NCBI GenBank assembly: GCA_963744145.1
Contig: CAVUSO010000001.1
Coordinates: 3,840,001 to 3,904,000 of the forward strand
Origin: an uncultured cyanobacterium
GTDB taxonomy: Bacteria > Cyanobacteriota > Cyanobacteriia > Cyanobacteriales > CAWUOF01
DNA: 64,000 bases
Direction of reading: 5' to 3'
The notes beneath the pieces are model-generated. The model did not search any database. It was not told the origin of the DNA and saw nothing but the letters and a program-made list of their open reading frames with translations. This document shows positions 21,761-31,318 of the stretch, piece after piece. The first letter of the stretch is position 1. Each line of letters starts with the position of its first letter. Made by a program: the position numbers and the translations under genes.

Positions 21761-23077
21761 GTGACTTTCAAAATTGGTTTGCTGGGATTAGGAACAGTAG
21801 GGACAGGAACGGCAGAAATTTTGCTAGACTTAGTTGGACGTCATCCCCTCTTGTCAGAATTAGAAATCTACCGGGTAGGAGTGCGATCGCTAGATAAACC
21901 TCGCACTGTCAAATTACCTGAGCAAATCATCACAACAGATCTAGAAGCAATTGTCACTGATCCAAATGTGGATATTGTGGTGGAAGTAATCGGTGGATTG
22001 GAACCAGCTCGATCGCTAATCTTGAAAGCAATTGCGAATGGAAAACATATCGTAACAGCAAATAAAGCAGTGATCGCTCGTTATGGTGCAGAAATCTTTA
22101 CAATGGCTAATCAAGTGGGGGTTTATGTACTTCTAGAAGCCGCAGTTGGTGGTGGAATTCCCATCATTCAACCCCTGAAACAGTCTTTAGGTGTGAATCG
22201 GATTCAATCAGTGACTGGAATTGTTAACGGTACAACTAATTATATCCTGACGCGGATGCAAACTGAAGGTGCTGATTTTGATGTCGTTCTCGCAGATGCT
22301 CAAAAATTAGGTTATGCAGAAGCTGACCCCACCGCAGATGTCGATGGTTTAGATGCAGCTGATAAATTAGCGATTCTCGCTAGTTTAGCTTTTAATGGTC
22401 GGATCAAACTAGAGGAGGTTTACTGTGAAGGAATTCGTCAAGTTAGTGCCGCTGATATTGCTTATGCTGATAAATTAGATTTTGTGATTAAACTGCTCGC
22501 GATCGCTAAACGGGAACCTACTACAACAGGTGAAAATTTAGACAGGTTACAGTTAAGAGTTCATCCCACTTTAGTACCAAAAAATCATCCCCTCGCCAGT
22601 ATCAATGGTGTTTATAATGCTATTTTAGTCTCAGGAGAACCAATTGGAGATGTCATGTTCTATGGTCGTGGTGCTGGTGCTGGTCCAACAGCTAGTGCGA
22701 TCGTATCAGATATTTTAAGTATTACCGCAGTTTTAAAAACTAGCACGAGTGAACCACAACTAGAAAAACGTCACCCTCTCCTATCTTGTAGTCATCAACA
22801 CTACTGTGCGATCGCTCCAATTTCTGAACAGGTCAGTCGATTTTATGTCCGTTTTCTCACTCAGGATACTCCAGGGGTAATTGGTAAATTAGGCACCTGT
22901 TTTGGCGATCGGGGTGTTAGTTTGGAATCCTTAGTCCAAACTGGAATTCGGGGTAATTTTGCTGAAATCGTGGTAGTAACTCACGACGTTCTTGAATCTA
23001 ATTTCCGACAAGCATTAGCAGAAATTCAGACACTAGAAACTGTTGATAGTATTCCCAGTGTATTGCGGGTTCTCTAA
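21761..23077 (+). CDS. hom: Homoserine dehydrogenase with ACT domain
   Basis: GLGTVG, TANKA, EAAVGGGIP, GYAEADPTADVDG, GRGAGAGPTASA. Confidence 0.96.
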   Translation: MTFKIGLLGLGTVGTGTAEILLDLVGRHPLLSELEIYRVGVRSLDKPRTVKLPEQIITTDLEAIVTDPNVDIVVEVIGGLEPARSLILKAIANGKHIVTANKAVIARYGAEIFTMANQVGVYVLLEAAVGGGIPIIQPLKQSLGVNRIQSVTGIVNGTTNYILTRMQTEGADFDVVLADAQKLGYAEADPTADVDGLDAADKLAILASLAFNGRIKLEEVYCEGIRQVSAADIAYADKLDFVIKLLAIAKREPTTTGENLDRLQLRVHPTLVPKNHPLASINGVYNAILVSGEPIGDVMFYGRGAGAGPTASAIVSDILSITAVLKTSTSEPQLEKRHPLLSCSHQHYCAIAPISEQVSRFYVRFLTQDTPGVIGKLGTCFGDRGVSLESLVQTGIRGNFAEIVVVTHDVLESNFRQALAEIQTLETVDSIPSVLRVL

Positions 23078-23302
23078 AATTATTGCTAATCACTACTCTT
23101 GTCATCAAACACAAGGGTAGTAGTTTTAGTTTTTCTTTGGGAAGAGCGATCGCCAATTTCTCCTTTGAGGATTAGTCATTGTCTAAATCTCTCGATCGCA
23201 AGTCACAAGATTTTATCCGCTCATTTGATAGTTGTCAATCGGGTTTTTATAAAAAAGTTGATCCGCTAGAACAACGCCATATCAATATTTTCATGCTGCA
23301 TC

Positions 23303-23384
23303 ATATAAATTTATACGCTCACCTATATAAATTTATATGCTCACCTATATAAATTTATACGCGGGGCTATAGAATTTTCTATAT
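23303..23384. repeat. 22-bp tandem repeat (3 copies plus one diverged) with palindromic core TATAAATTTATA
   Basis: atataaatttatacgctcacct units starting at 23303, 23325, 23347; variant atagaattttctata at 23369. Confidence 0.85.
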
Positions 23385-23450
23385 TTTCTTTGCTGGTATT
23401 ATACAGCGGATTCGGTGGCTGATGAAGTACAGTAAGATTTGGTATGAATG

Positions 23451-23474
23451 GTGGGACAGGCATCTTGCCTGTCC
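23451..23474. repeat. REP-like palindrome GTGGGACAGGCATCTTGCCTGTCC
   Basis: Same family at about 58966, 59005, 61346 and 61408. Confidence 0.8.
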
Positions 23475-23730
23475 GAGATTGTGAGTGATCTGTGTTGGTT
23501 GGGCAGGTTTATGATAGTTATCTGTTTGGATCAGAATTGATTGGTGAACCTGCCCCTTGTAGAAAACGAGCTAAACGCACTACTAATTGAGCATCTACAA
23601 GAAACTTCATTGGGCAATTTTATAAATCTTTTCACCTGAGTTAACCGAGTAGCAAATAGTAACGCTGCCAAAATTGCATAATCGTTCCCACTCTTCACGA
23701 AGAAAGGTTAGTTAAGCAGGCGCAGATAAT

Positions 23731-24354
23731 ATGAAAACTAACCTCATTAATCAGGAATTGACCGGAACGATCGCCACTTTCCCTCAGCATCAATACCAGC
23801 CTAACACTTGGGAAACAGAAAGGCTATTCCTCCGACCCTTTACCGCCAAAGATTTTGCCGATCTTTACCGATTTTACAGCCATCGAGAAGTGATGCGTTT
23901 TATCGGCAAAGGTGCGAGAACCGAATCAGAAACTCTTGCTGAATTAATCAGTTTCATCACCCATTGGGAACAGCACTATTTCGGCAATTTTGCGATCATT
24001 CACAAAGCCTCTGGGAAATTGATGGGTCGCACTGGACTTTATCTTAGTGATCGATGCAAAGAGGCTCAGTTTGGCTACGTTTTGGATAAATCTTATTGGG
24101 GTAAAGGTCTTGGTTTGGAGGCCGCGAAAGCCAGTTTAGACTATGGTTTTAAGGTACTAGAGTTTGAGCAGATTGTCGCCTTTGCGATGCCAGAAAATTT
24201 TGTATCTCGGAAGATTTTATCTCAGAAATTGGGGATGCACTGCATCACAGATAATTTCATCTATTCTGGCATCCAATATGCTTATTATAGCATTGGGCGA
24301 GTCGAATACTTGACAAGTTCTTCTTGGCGTGTTAGGGCTTACCAACCTTCCTAA
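23731..24354 (+). CDS. GNAT N-acetyltransferase (RimJ/RimL-like)
   Basis: ETERLFLRPF, GYVLDKSYWGKGLG, PENFVSRKIL. Confidence 0.9.
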   Translation: MKTNLINQELTGTIATFPQHQYQPNTWETERLFLRPFTAKDFADLYRFYSHREVMRFIGKGARTESETLAELISFITHWEQHYFGNFAIIHKASGKLMGRTGLYLSDRCKEAQFGYVLDKSYWGKGLGLEAAKASLDYGFKVLEFEQIVAFAMPENFVSRKILSQKLGMHCITDNFIYSGIQYAYYSIGRVEYLTSSSWRVRAYQPS

Positions 24355-24599
24355 GCAGTCAGGAAAGGTGGAGTGGCGATCGCCTCATTTCTGGGCCTCA
24401 TAGCAGCGCGATCGCACCATCCCCAACTTCCCCAAAACAATTTTCCAGCTAAACTGCATAAACTCCCTAACTCCCCACGAGAAAGATATATAGGAGTTAC
24501 ACAAGGATTACAAACTATCGGAGGTAGGTTGTATAAATTAGTTCACTGCGATCGATATAACTTTAGTTACTCAAAGATGACTTGGGAGTAGTCACTAGA

Positions 24600-26120
24600 A
24601 TGGCAGACCTAATTGAGCGATTTTCGACTTTTCAAGGAATGGCAGACCTAATTGAGCGATTTTCGACTTTTCAAGAAGTCAATCCCCATCGTCGCCAAGT
24701 GCAGGATTCTAAGCTAAGACAAAATTTGCATTGCTTGCTAGAACAGTATCCAGAACTCAATGATGAAACAGCGTTGCTGAGATATTTCTGCAATGCTGCT
24801 GAGAATAACTCGGATTCATTAGCACGTTGTCATCTACTTGCTTATGTAGATTCTGCTTGCTATTCAGCAGCGATCGCAACTTACCAAATCTTCCGCACAC
24901 CGGATCTCACTTTGGAAGACTATCTGCAAATTGCCAGAGATAAAATTGCTCCCTGTCTTATTCAATTATGCGCTCAGTACGATCCCAGTCAAAGCCAAAT
25001 CACAACTTATGCTTCTCCGTTCCTCCGCAGTGCTATTATGAGCGAACTGCGTTGCCACCAAGAAATAGAAAGGCGGAGTGATTGGTCGCTGTTGCGAAAT
25101 TTCTCGAAGACTAAGCGGAAAAAAGTTTTAGATAAATTTGGAATCAAAGAGCCAAAATTATCTAATTGTTTGCTAATTTGGCAAGGCTTTTCAGAAGTTT
25201 ATGCCCCAGTTAAAGCACGGAGAAATCCGAAATTACCACCGCCAACTGAGAAACAATGGCAGGCGATCGCCCAATTTGGCAACGAACAGCAATTACCGCA
25301 CTCAGTTAAACCCTTCACCGTGCAGGACAGCCAAGAATTGTTAGGAATTTGCGTTAATGCGCTGCGAGAACCTAGTAGAATTAATTTGTATTCACTCAAT
25401 GAAGACAACCGAGATTTAGAACTAGAGATCACTAAAAAATCCCAGCAGCAAGTATGGTACAGAGAACAACAAACGGCTGAATCTGAGCAATACCAACAGG
25501 TGAAAATAGAATTAGCCAGCGCGATCGCCTCCCTCCCTGCTGATGCCCGAAAAATGTTAATCTTAGAACATGGCTTCATCGGATTTAACCAAAGTTACAT
25601 CGGTCAAGAGTTCGGCATCCAGCAATATCAGGTTTCTCGAAATTTAACTGGCTACAAACGCCGTCTCTTAGAAGTTTTGGTGCAGTGGAGTCAAAGACAA
25701 CTAGGTGTTAATTTGAGTTTAGAAACTGTCAAACGCCTATCAATTTATCTCGATGAGTGGCTGATTTGGTATTGCCAAAATACTATTCTGTACAGGTTTT
25801 TGGAAGCCGTTTTGAGGCTGCATCCTGCCCTTAAGTTGGAAATTAAGTTGTTGTATCGCTATTATGGGATGAGTTTACCAGGAAAAGCAGATGAAAGAGC
25901 GATCGAGATCGCCTGGGAATTTAACCTGGCACAAACTGAGTTGCAGGAAAAGTTAATGCAAGTTAAAACAACTTTGCAAGAACAGTTACACCAATGGCTA
26001 CAGCAAACTCTTGCACTCAAACCCTGTTCTCTAAGAGTGATGAATAATTCCTCAGCATTGTTAGTAGAACAGTTTTTAGCCAACGCGCCTTATGCCCTTT
26101 TAATCAGCGAACGGAGGTAA
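24600..26120 (+). CDS. Divergent sigma-70-family-like protein of the cyanobacterial sigma/DUF1822/CHAT cassette
   Basis: DLIERFSTF, HLLAYVDSAC, YDPSQS.ITTYA, SDWSLLR; region-4-like HTH FNQSYIGQEFGIQQYQVSR. Confidence 0.75.
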   Translation: MADLIERFSTFQGMADLIERFSTFQEVNPHRRQVQDSKLRQNLHCLLEQYPELNDETALLRYFCNAAENNSDSLARCHLLAYVDSACYSAAIATYQIFRTPDLTLEDYLQIARDKIAPCLIQLCAQYDPSQSQITTYASPFLRSAIMSELRCHQEIERRSDWSLLRNFSKTKRKKVLDKFGIKEPKLSNCLLIWQGFSEVYAPVKARRNPKLPPPTEKQWQAIAQFGNEQQLPHSVKPFTVQDSQELLGICVNALREPSRINLYSLNEDNRDLELEITKKSQQQVWYREQQTAESEQYQQVKIELASAIASLPADARKMLILEHGFIGFNQSYIGQEFGIQQYQVSRNLTGYKRRLLEVLVQWSQRQLGVNLSLETVKRLSIYLDEWLIWYCQNTILYRFLEAVLRLHPALKLEIKLLYRYYGMSLPGKADERAIEIAWEFNLAQTELQEKLMQVKTTLQEQLHQWLQQTLALKPCSLRVMNNSSALLVEQFLANAPYALLISERR

Positions 26121-27301
26121 TGAAAATGGTATTCAATTTAGAACAATTAAGCCTAGCCTGTCCCCATCATCTCTGGCTAGAGTTTTCGGAAAAAGAACAG
26201 GAAAAAGCTGTTTCTGTAAGACTGGATTACTCCCATGATGCAGCAAGTCATCGCGCTTTCTTAAATCGGCTGACTCTGGCAGTTTTGTTACCTGTATTGC
26301 AAGCAGAATCTGAAGCATTTACCCAAATTACATCCCCGGAAAATATTTGGGAATTTGTGACAGGTTTTGCCATCAGTTTGGGTAAAAATCGCTTGGTAAT
26401 TATTGCAAGTGAAACCATTGATACTGATGAATTTTCTGTGCCTCAAGAATGGGTAGATATTCCTGAATGGGCGGCTGATTATTATTTGGCTGTGCAGGTG
26501 AATTTAGAGGATGGATGGTTGCGGGTGTGGGGGTTTACAACCCATCGAAAACTGAAAAATGAAGGTAGGTATGATCGGGGCGATCGCACCTATTCTCTCA
26601 ATGGAGAAGATCTGTTTGAGCATCTCAATACTTTGTGGGTTTCTCTGAAACTTTGTCAAGGAGAAAAAGCGTTGATTGAACCTTTACCCGTCTTATCTTC
26701 TAACCAAATAGAGATGCTATTGGTAGAATTAGGTAAACCTTCTCTTTATTCCCCACGTTTGAAAATACCTTTTGCACAGTGGGGTGCGCTATTAGCTGCT
26801 GATAATTCAAGGCAAGAATTGTATCAGCGACGGTTGGAAAATGTGCCTAATATTGTGCAATTGGGTAAAAATATTTTCCCTGATTGGTGGCTAATGTTTG
26901 ATGAGTTAGTGCAAGCGTGTAACCTCAATCTTTCCTTTGCTAGAAGTGGAGCGCGATCGGGGGATAATGAAGAGCGTACTCCGGGAATTAGTCGGGGACG
27001 AGTGATTGATTTGGGGATTCAATTGGCGGGTAATTCTATGGCGCTAATTGTGCATTTCACTAAGGAATCAGAGAATAAACATAACATTTTGTTACAGGTA
27101 AATCCGGGTGGGGGTCAAACTTATTTACCGCCAGATGTGGAATTGATTGTATTAGATGATACGGGTGATGTGTTTTTGGAAGCGCGATCGCGCAGTGCTG
27201 ATAATTGGATTCAATTGGAGTTTCGGGGTGAGCCTGGGGAGCGGTTTAGTGTTAAGGTGGCTTTAGGGGATGCTAGTATTATGGAATATTTTGCAATCTA
27301 A
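26120..27301 (+). CDS. DUF1822 family protein
   Basis: VPQEWVDIPEWAADYYLAVQV, WGFTTH, SRSADNWIQLEFRGEPGERFSVKV. Confidence 0.88.
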   Translation: MKMVFNLEQLSLACPHHLWLEFSEKEQEKAVSVRLDYSHDAASHRAFLNRLTLAVLLPVLQAESEAFTQITSPENIWEFVTGFAISLGKNRLVIIASETIDTDEFSVPQEWVDIPEWAADYYLAVQVNLEDGWLRVWGFTTHRKLKNEGRYDRGDRTYSLNGEDLFEHLNTLWVSLKLCQGEKALIEPLPVLSSNQIEMLLVELGKPSLYSPRLKIPFAQWGALLAADNSRQELYQRRLENVPNIVQLGKNIFPDWWLMFDELVQACNLNLSFARSGARSGDNEERTPGISRGRVIDLGIQLAGNSMALIVHFTKESENKHNILLQVNPGGGQTYLPPDVELIVLDDTGDVFLEARSRSADNWIQLEFRGEPGERFSVKVALGDASIMEYFAI

Positions 27302-27319
27302 CCTAACCAGGAGAAAACA

Positions 27320-30319
27320 ATGAGAAAGTTAGTGATGCTGATTTTTGAAGAAAAGGGAGACTTGGAAAGAGTAGGTTTTTCGGTAACGTTACGACTAGGG
27401 GACGAGGGGCAAACTTTGCCTACTCAGCAAACTGGATCTTTACCGTCAAACCCGGAACTGGTTGAGTCTTACAACAGTTGGAAAGAAACTTATGATGGCT
27501 GCTTTATTAGGGTAAATGGTAGTAGATTAGAACAGCCAGCAAAACAAATAACTAACTTCTCAATTCCAGAGGTTGAGATAAAATCTGAGAATTTGAGGCA
27601 ACAATTTAATGACTGGTTACAATCGCAGCAATTGAATAATGTTAGGCAAGAATTAGTTGCCCTAGTTGCCAATTTACAAGAAAATGATGAAGTGCGGTTG
27701 ATTATCCAAACTTCAAATACACAGCTACAGAAACTTCCCTGGCATCTTTGGGATATATTGAGAGGTTGCCCTAAAGCTGAAATTAGTGTCAGTCCGCACA
27801 ATTTCAGTCCGCGGCCCAGTGTTAGAAAAAGAACATCAGCCAAATTTGCTAATAATCAAGTTAATATTTTGGCAATTTTGGGCAATGATAAGGAAATTAA
27901 TGTTGAAGAAGATCGAAGAATATTAAATTCTATTCCGGGTGCTAAAGTTAAGTTTTTAGTTAAACCCGAGCAACGAGACATCGACAATGAACTCAGGGAA
28001 AAGTCTTGGGATATTCTATTTTTTGCGGGACATAGCCGCACGGAGGGAGAAAAAGGAATCATATATATTAATTCGACTGAGAGTTTAACTATCGGTAACT
28101 TAAATTATGCGTTAGAAGAGGCAATTAGAAACGGTTTACAAATAGCAATTTTTAACTCTTGTGATAGTTTAGGGTTAGCTAAAGATTTAGCTGATTTGAA
28201 TCTCCCTCACATGATTATCATGCGAGAACAGGTTCCTGATAAAGTGGCACAGGAATTTTTGAAATATTTTCTGGGTTTTTTTTCACAGGGTCAGTCATTT
28301 TATTTAGCGGTTAAGAAAGCACGGGAAAAATTGCAGAGTTTGGAAAATCAGTTTCCCTGTGCTTCTTGGTTGCCTGTTATCTACCAAAAAAATCCTACTA
28401 AGATACCCCCTACTTGGAAAGAGTTACGGAGAATAGATAAAAAATCAGCTTTTTGTCTGAGCGCGTTATGTTTGGCAGAGGCAGCGGCAGCTTTTCTGGT
28501 ATCGGTAAGTCTTGTCCCATCTCCTGTGAATACTAATCACATTCTGATCTTAGTTTTAGGTGGATTAATCTTTGCCCAATCTCCTCCTGCGATCAAAGGC
28601 AAAAATTTACTAATTATTGCTGTAATTACTTTACCAATTATTTTTTTATGGCGGAGTTTGCAAGGTGGTTTTGGTTTGGAAATTGTGATCGGTATAGCAG
28701 CTTTAGCTGGATTAGGTGTGATCGCGATGGCATTGCATAATGTCAGGATGATTTCCCCATTTTTCAGACGAATTTTCATCGCTTTCAGCCGTCGATTCAT
28801 CCCCTGGATTAGCAACGCCTTGCGGTTTGGAGTTAGATTACAGGTTTTAGTATTGCTGAGCTTGGGCATCGCAATGTTGGATAGTAATCCTCCCTTTAAT
28901 CTTCACTTTAGTTTGGGTGACAAACCCCTTTTTTATAATGGCACGGATGTGACAGCAAAAAAGCTGCTAGATACCGGGGTGTTTGTTTATAATGGCACGG
29001 ATGTGACAGCAAAAAAGCTGCTAGGTATCTGGGAGTTTGCCCTGCTGGGAAATGGCCTGGGACATTATGAATGTGCTAGGGATGCCTTCGACAATTATCT
29101 AAAGCAAAATCCAAATGACCCAGAGGCTTTAATTTATAAGAATAATGCGATCGCCCGTCTTTCTGGTCGTCCACCTCTTCGCATTGCCGTCAGCGTTCCC
29201 ATTGGCAGTAACCCGGACGTTGCTGCTGAGATTTTACGAGGTGTTGCTCAGGCTCAGGCTCAAATTAATAATGATGCAAACGGCATTAATGGTGCCAAGT
29301 TAGAAATCAAACTTGCTGACGATCGCAACAATCGCGCCCTTGCAGCAAGTATCGCGCATACTTTTGTTCATGATCCCCAGGTTCTTGCCGTTATTGGACA
29401 CAATGCAAGTAACGCTTCTCAGGCGGCTGCTCCCATCTATAACAGGAATCACCTGGTGATGATCACTCCCACAAGCTTTGCAAGCGCAGTAACTAATAGC
29501 GACTGGCCTTATATTTTTCAAACTACTCCTACAGCTGAGAAATATACCAAAAGATTAGTCAATTATATTGTCAAAACTGATAATATTAAGAAAGCCGTAT
29601 TTTGTTTTGACTCTAACGCGCAAGATAATAACGATTTCAAAAAGGCGCTCTCTAAATCCTTAATCGAACTTGCTAACACAAGTGAATGCGATGTTAGGTC
29701 ACAATCATTCAATGCGGATGATGCAATTCAGGAAGCTAATGATAGAAATGCACAAGCCTTGATCGTCAATCCTTTTATAGACGAGATTGATAAAACCGCA
29801 AAGCTATTTAATGCCAACACCAATAACGATCCTCCCTTGCATCTGTATGGGTCGTCCACATTCAATACCTTTAAGACCTTAAGTATGGGAGCAGCAATCG
29901 AAAACCTTGTCATTCCAGTCGCATGGTATCCAGATTTTTATACAAAGACTAAGTTTGTTGAGGAGGCCACAAACCTATGGGGAACATCCTCTATCAATTG
30001 GCGTACCGCCATGAGTTATGATGCAGCCGAAGCAATCATTACAGCTTTACTGCAAATCCCATCTAGATCCGATATCAAAGACATTCGATCCGATATCAAA
30101 GAGACTCTATTAAAAAAAGACTTTTCAGTAGAAGGAGCAGAAGGGACAGCTCGACCAGTGAAATTTGATAGCAAAGGTGGCCGCAGCTGCGATCTTCCTA
30201 TTTTATTACTCCAAGTGAAACAGAAAGACCCCTCAAACCCCAAGACAGAATATGGTTTTGTACGGTTGGACGTTCCTGATCCAGAGGATAAATCGACGGT
30301 TGAATGCGATAAAAATTAG
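27320..30319 (+). CDS. CHAT (caspase-like) protease domain + TM segments + LivK-type periplasmic binding domain
   Basis: LPWHLWD, DILFFAGHS (His), IFNSCD (Cys); TM block; NPNDPEALIY, EILRGVAQAQ, VLAVIGHNAS, NWRTAMSYDA. Confidence 0.88.
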   Translation: MRKLVMLIFEEKGDLERVGFSVTLRLGDEGQTLPTQQTGSLPSNPELVESYNSWKETYDGCFIRVNGSRLEQPAKQITNFSIPEVEIKSENLRQQFNDWLQSQQLNNVRQELVALVANLQENDEVRLIIQTSNTQLQKLPWHLWDILRGCPKAEISVSPHNFSPRPSVRKRTSAKFANNQVNILAILGNDKEINVEEDRRILNSIPGAKVKFLVKPEQRDIDNELREKSWDILFFAGHSRTEGEKGIIYINSTESLTIGNLNYALEEAIRNGLQIAIFNSCDSLGLAKDLADLNLPHMIIMREQVPDKVAQEFLKYFLGFFSQGQSFYLAVKKAREKLQSLENQFPCASWLPVIYQKNPTKIPPTWKELRRIDKKSAFCLSALCLAEAAAAFLVSVSLVPSPVNTNHILILVLGGLIFAQSPPAIKGKNLLIIAVITLPIIFLWRSLQGGFGLEIVIGIAALAGLGVIAMALHNVRMISPFFRRIFIAFSRRFIPWISNALRFGVRLQVLVLLSLGIAMLDSNPPFNLHFSLGDKPLFYNGTDVTAKKLLDTGVFVYNGTDVTAKKLLGIWEFALLGNGLGHYECARDAFDNYLKQNPNDPEALIYKNNAIARLSGRPPLRIAVSVPIGSNPDVAAEILRGVAQAQAQINNDANGINGAKLEIKLADDRNNRALAASIAHTFVHDPQVLAVIGHNASNASQAAAPIYNRNHLVMITPTSFASAVTNSDWPYIFQTTPTAEKYTKRLVNYIVKTDNIKKAVFCFDSNAQDNNDFKKALSKSLIELANTSECDVRSQSFNADDAIQEANDRNAQALIVNPFIDEIDKTAKLFNANTNNDPPLHLYGSSTFNTFKTLSMGAAIENLVIPVAWYPDFYTKTKFVEEATNLWGTSSINWRTAMSYDAAEAIITALLQIPSRSDIKDIRSDIKETLLKKDFSVEGAEGTARPVKFDSKGGRSCDLPILLLQVKQKDPSNPKTEYGFVRLDVPDPEDKSTVECDKN
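28729..28819 (+). mobile_element. 91-bp MITE-like element (left end of a composite cassette), translated in frame within the CHAT gene
   Basis: Terminal inverted repeats GGCATTGC...GCAACGCC; 76/91 ungapped identity to the reverse complement of 30269-30359. Confidence 0.8.
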
Positions 30320-30998
30320 TCCGAAAAATTGGAAAATCATACTGCCATTATGCAACGCCCTATTTCGACGTATTTACAATTCTCTGTCTCAGCAAAATAA
30401 AACTACAGTTTTAATCTTATCTTTATTAATTCCAGCAGGGTTTTGCATCTGGTGGTTTATGCCGCCTGATAGTTGGTGGTTTATGTCGCCTGATAGTTTT
30501 GCGAAAGTGTCCAATGTTCCCTCCGGATCTTTTTTTTATGGAGGAAGTACCGCTTGGGCACCAATTAGTCACGTTGTAAATTCTGTGATTGAAAATATAT
30601 GGCCTCAGTTTAAATTGAGTTATAAACAACCTAATACTGACGCTCCTGAATCAAGTACTGGGATTAAAATGCTTTTAGATAATCAGTTAGCATTTTCTCA
30701 GTCTTCTCGCCCTGTGAAAGATGAAGAATATAAAGCTGCTAAACACAAGGTATTTACCCTCAAAGAAGTAACGATCACTATTGATGGAATAGCGTTTATA
30801 GTTAAACCGAATTTAAATATTACTGGTTTAAATTTAGCTCAGATTAAAGATATTTATACTGGCAAAATTACCAACTGGAGTCAAGTCGGCGGTCCGAACC
30901 AAACAATTATCCCTTACTCTCTTCATAGTGGAAGTGAAACCATAGATTTTTTGATAGAAAACATTTTAAAAAACGAGAAGCTGGGCGAGCAGGTTTGA
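30252..30998 (+). pseudogene. Truncated PstS-like (PBP2) binding domain with TM anchor; probable displaced C-terminus of the CHAT gene
   Basis: FAKVSNVPSGSFFYGGSTAWAP, FSQSSRP, IYTGKITNWSQVGGP; stops part-way through the domain. Confidence 0.75.
30269..30359 (-). mobile_element. 91-bp MITE-like element (right end of the composite cassette)
   Basis: Inverted copy of 28729-28819, ending in GCAACGCC. Confidence 0.8.
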
Positions 30999-31018
30999 TC
31001 GCTTAACATGAAACAAAA

Positions 31019-31309
31019 ATAAGCGCATCTTTTCTGGAACTTTCTAACTACCAAGTAGAAGCTTCAACACAATAAGAAGCTATCGAAAAATTGAACGAAA
31101 TCTTACATATTCGTTTGGAAAAACTAGAGATTATTCCAGTAGAAATTGAATGGCAACCCGCTCAAAAACCGGAGAATCCTTGGGTAAAATTTGCAGGCGT
31201 TTTTCAAGACAATCCCGACTTCACTGAGATTGCAGAAAGTCTTAGAAAAGAGCGTTTAGCTAACGATGATGCAATTAGCGATCGCCACTTTCACGCCCAA
31301 ATAATATAA
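31019..31309 (+). pseudogene. HicB-like antitoxin remnant
   Basis: LELSNYQVEASTQ*EAIEKL...NPWVKFAGVFQDNPDF with an in-frame TAA at 31073. Confidence 0.6.
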
Positions 31310-31318
31310 GGAAATGAA

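Noticed and set aside
23303..23384. Possible CRISPR array
   Set aside because: Units are contiguous 22-bp repeats with no unique spacers, and no cas genes are present
28729..30359. Active shufflon or invertible switch
   Set aside because: No recombinase nearby, the repeats are 16% diverged, and the opposite strand carries no alternative long ORF; an insertion explains the data better
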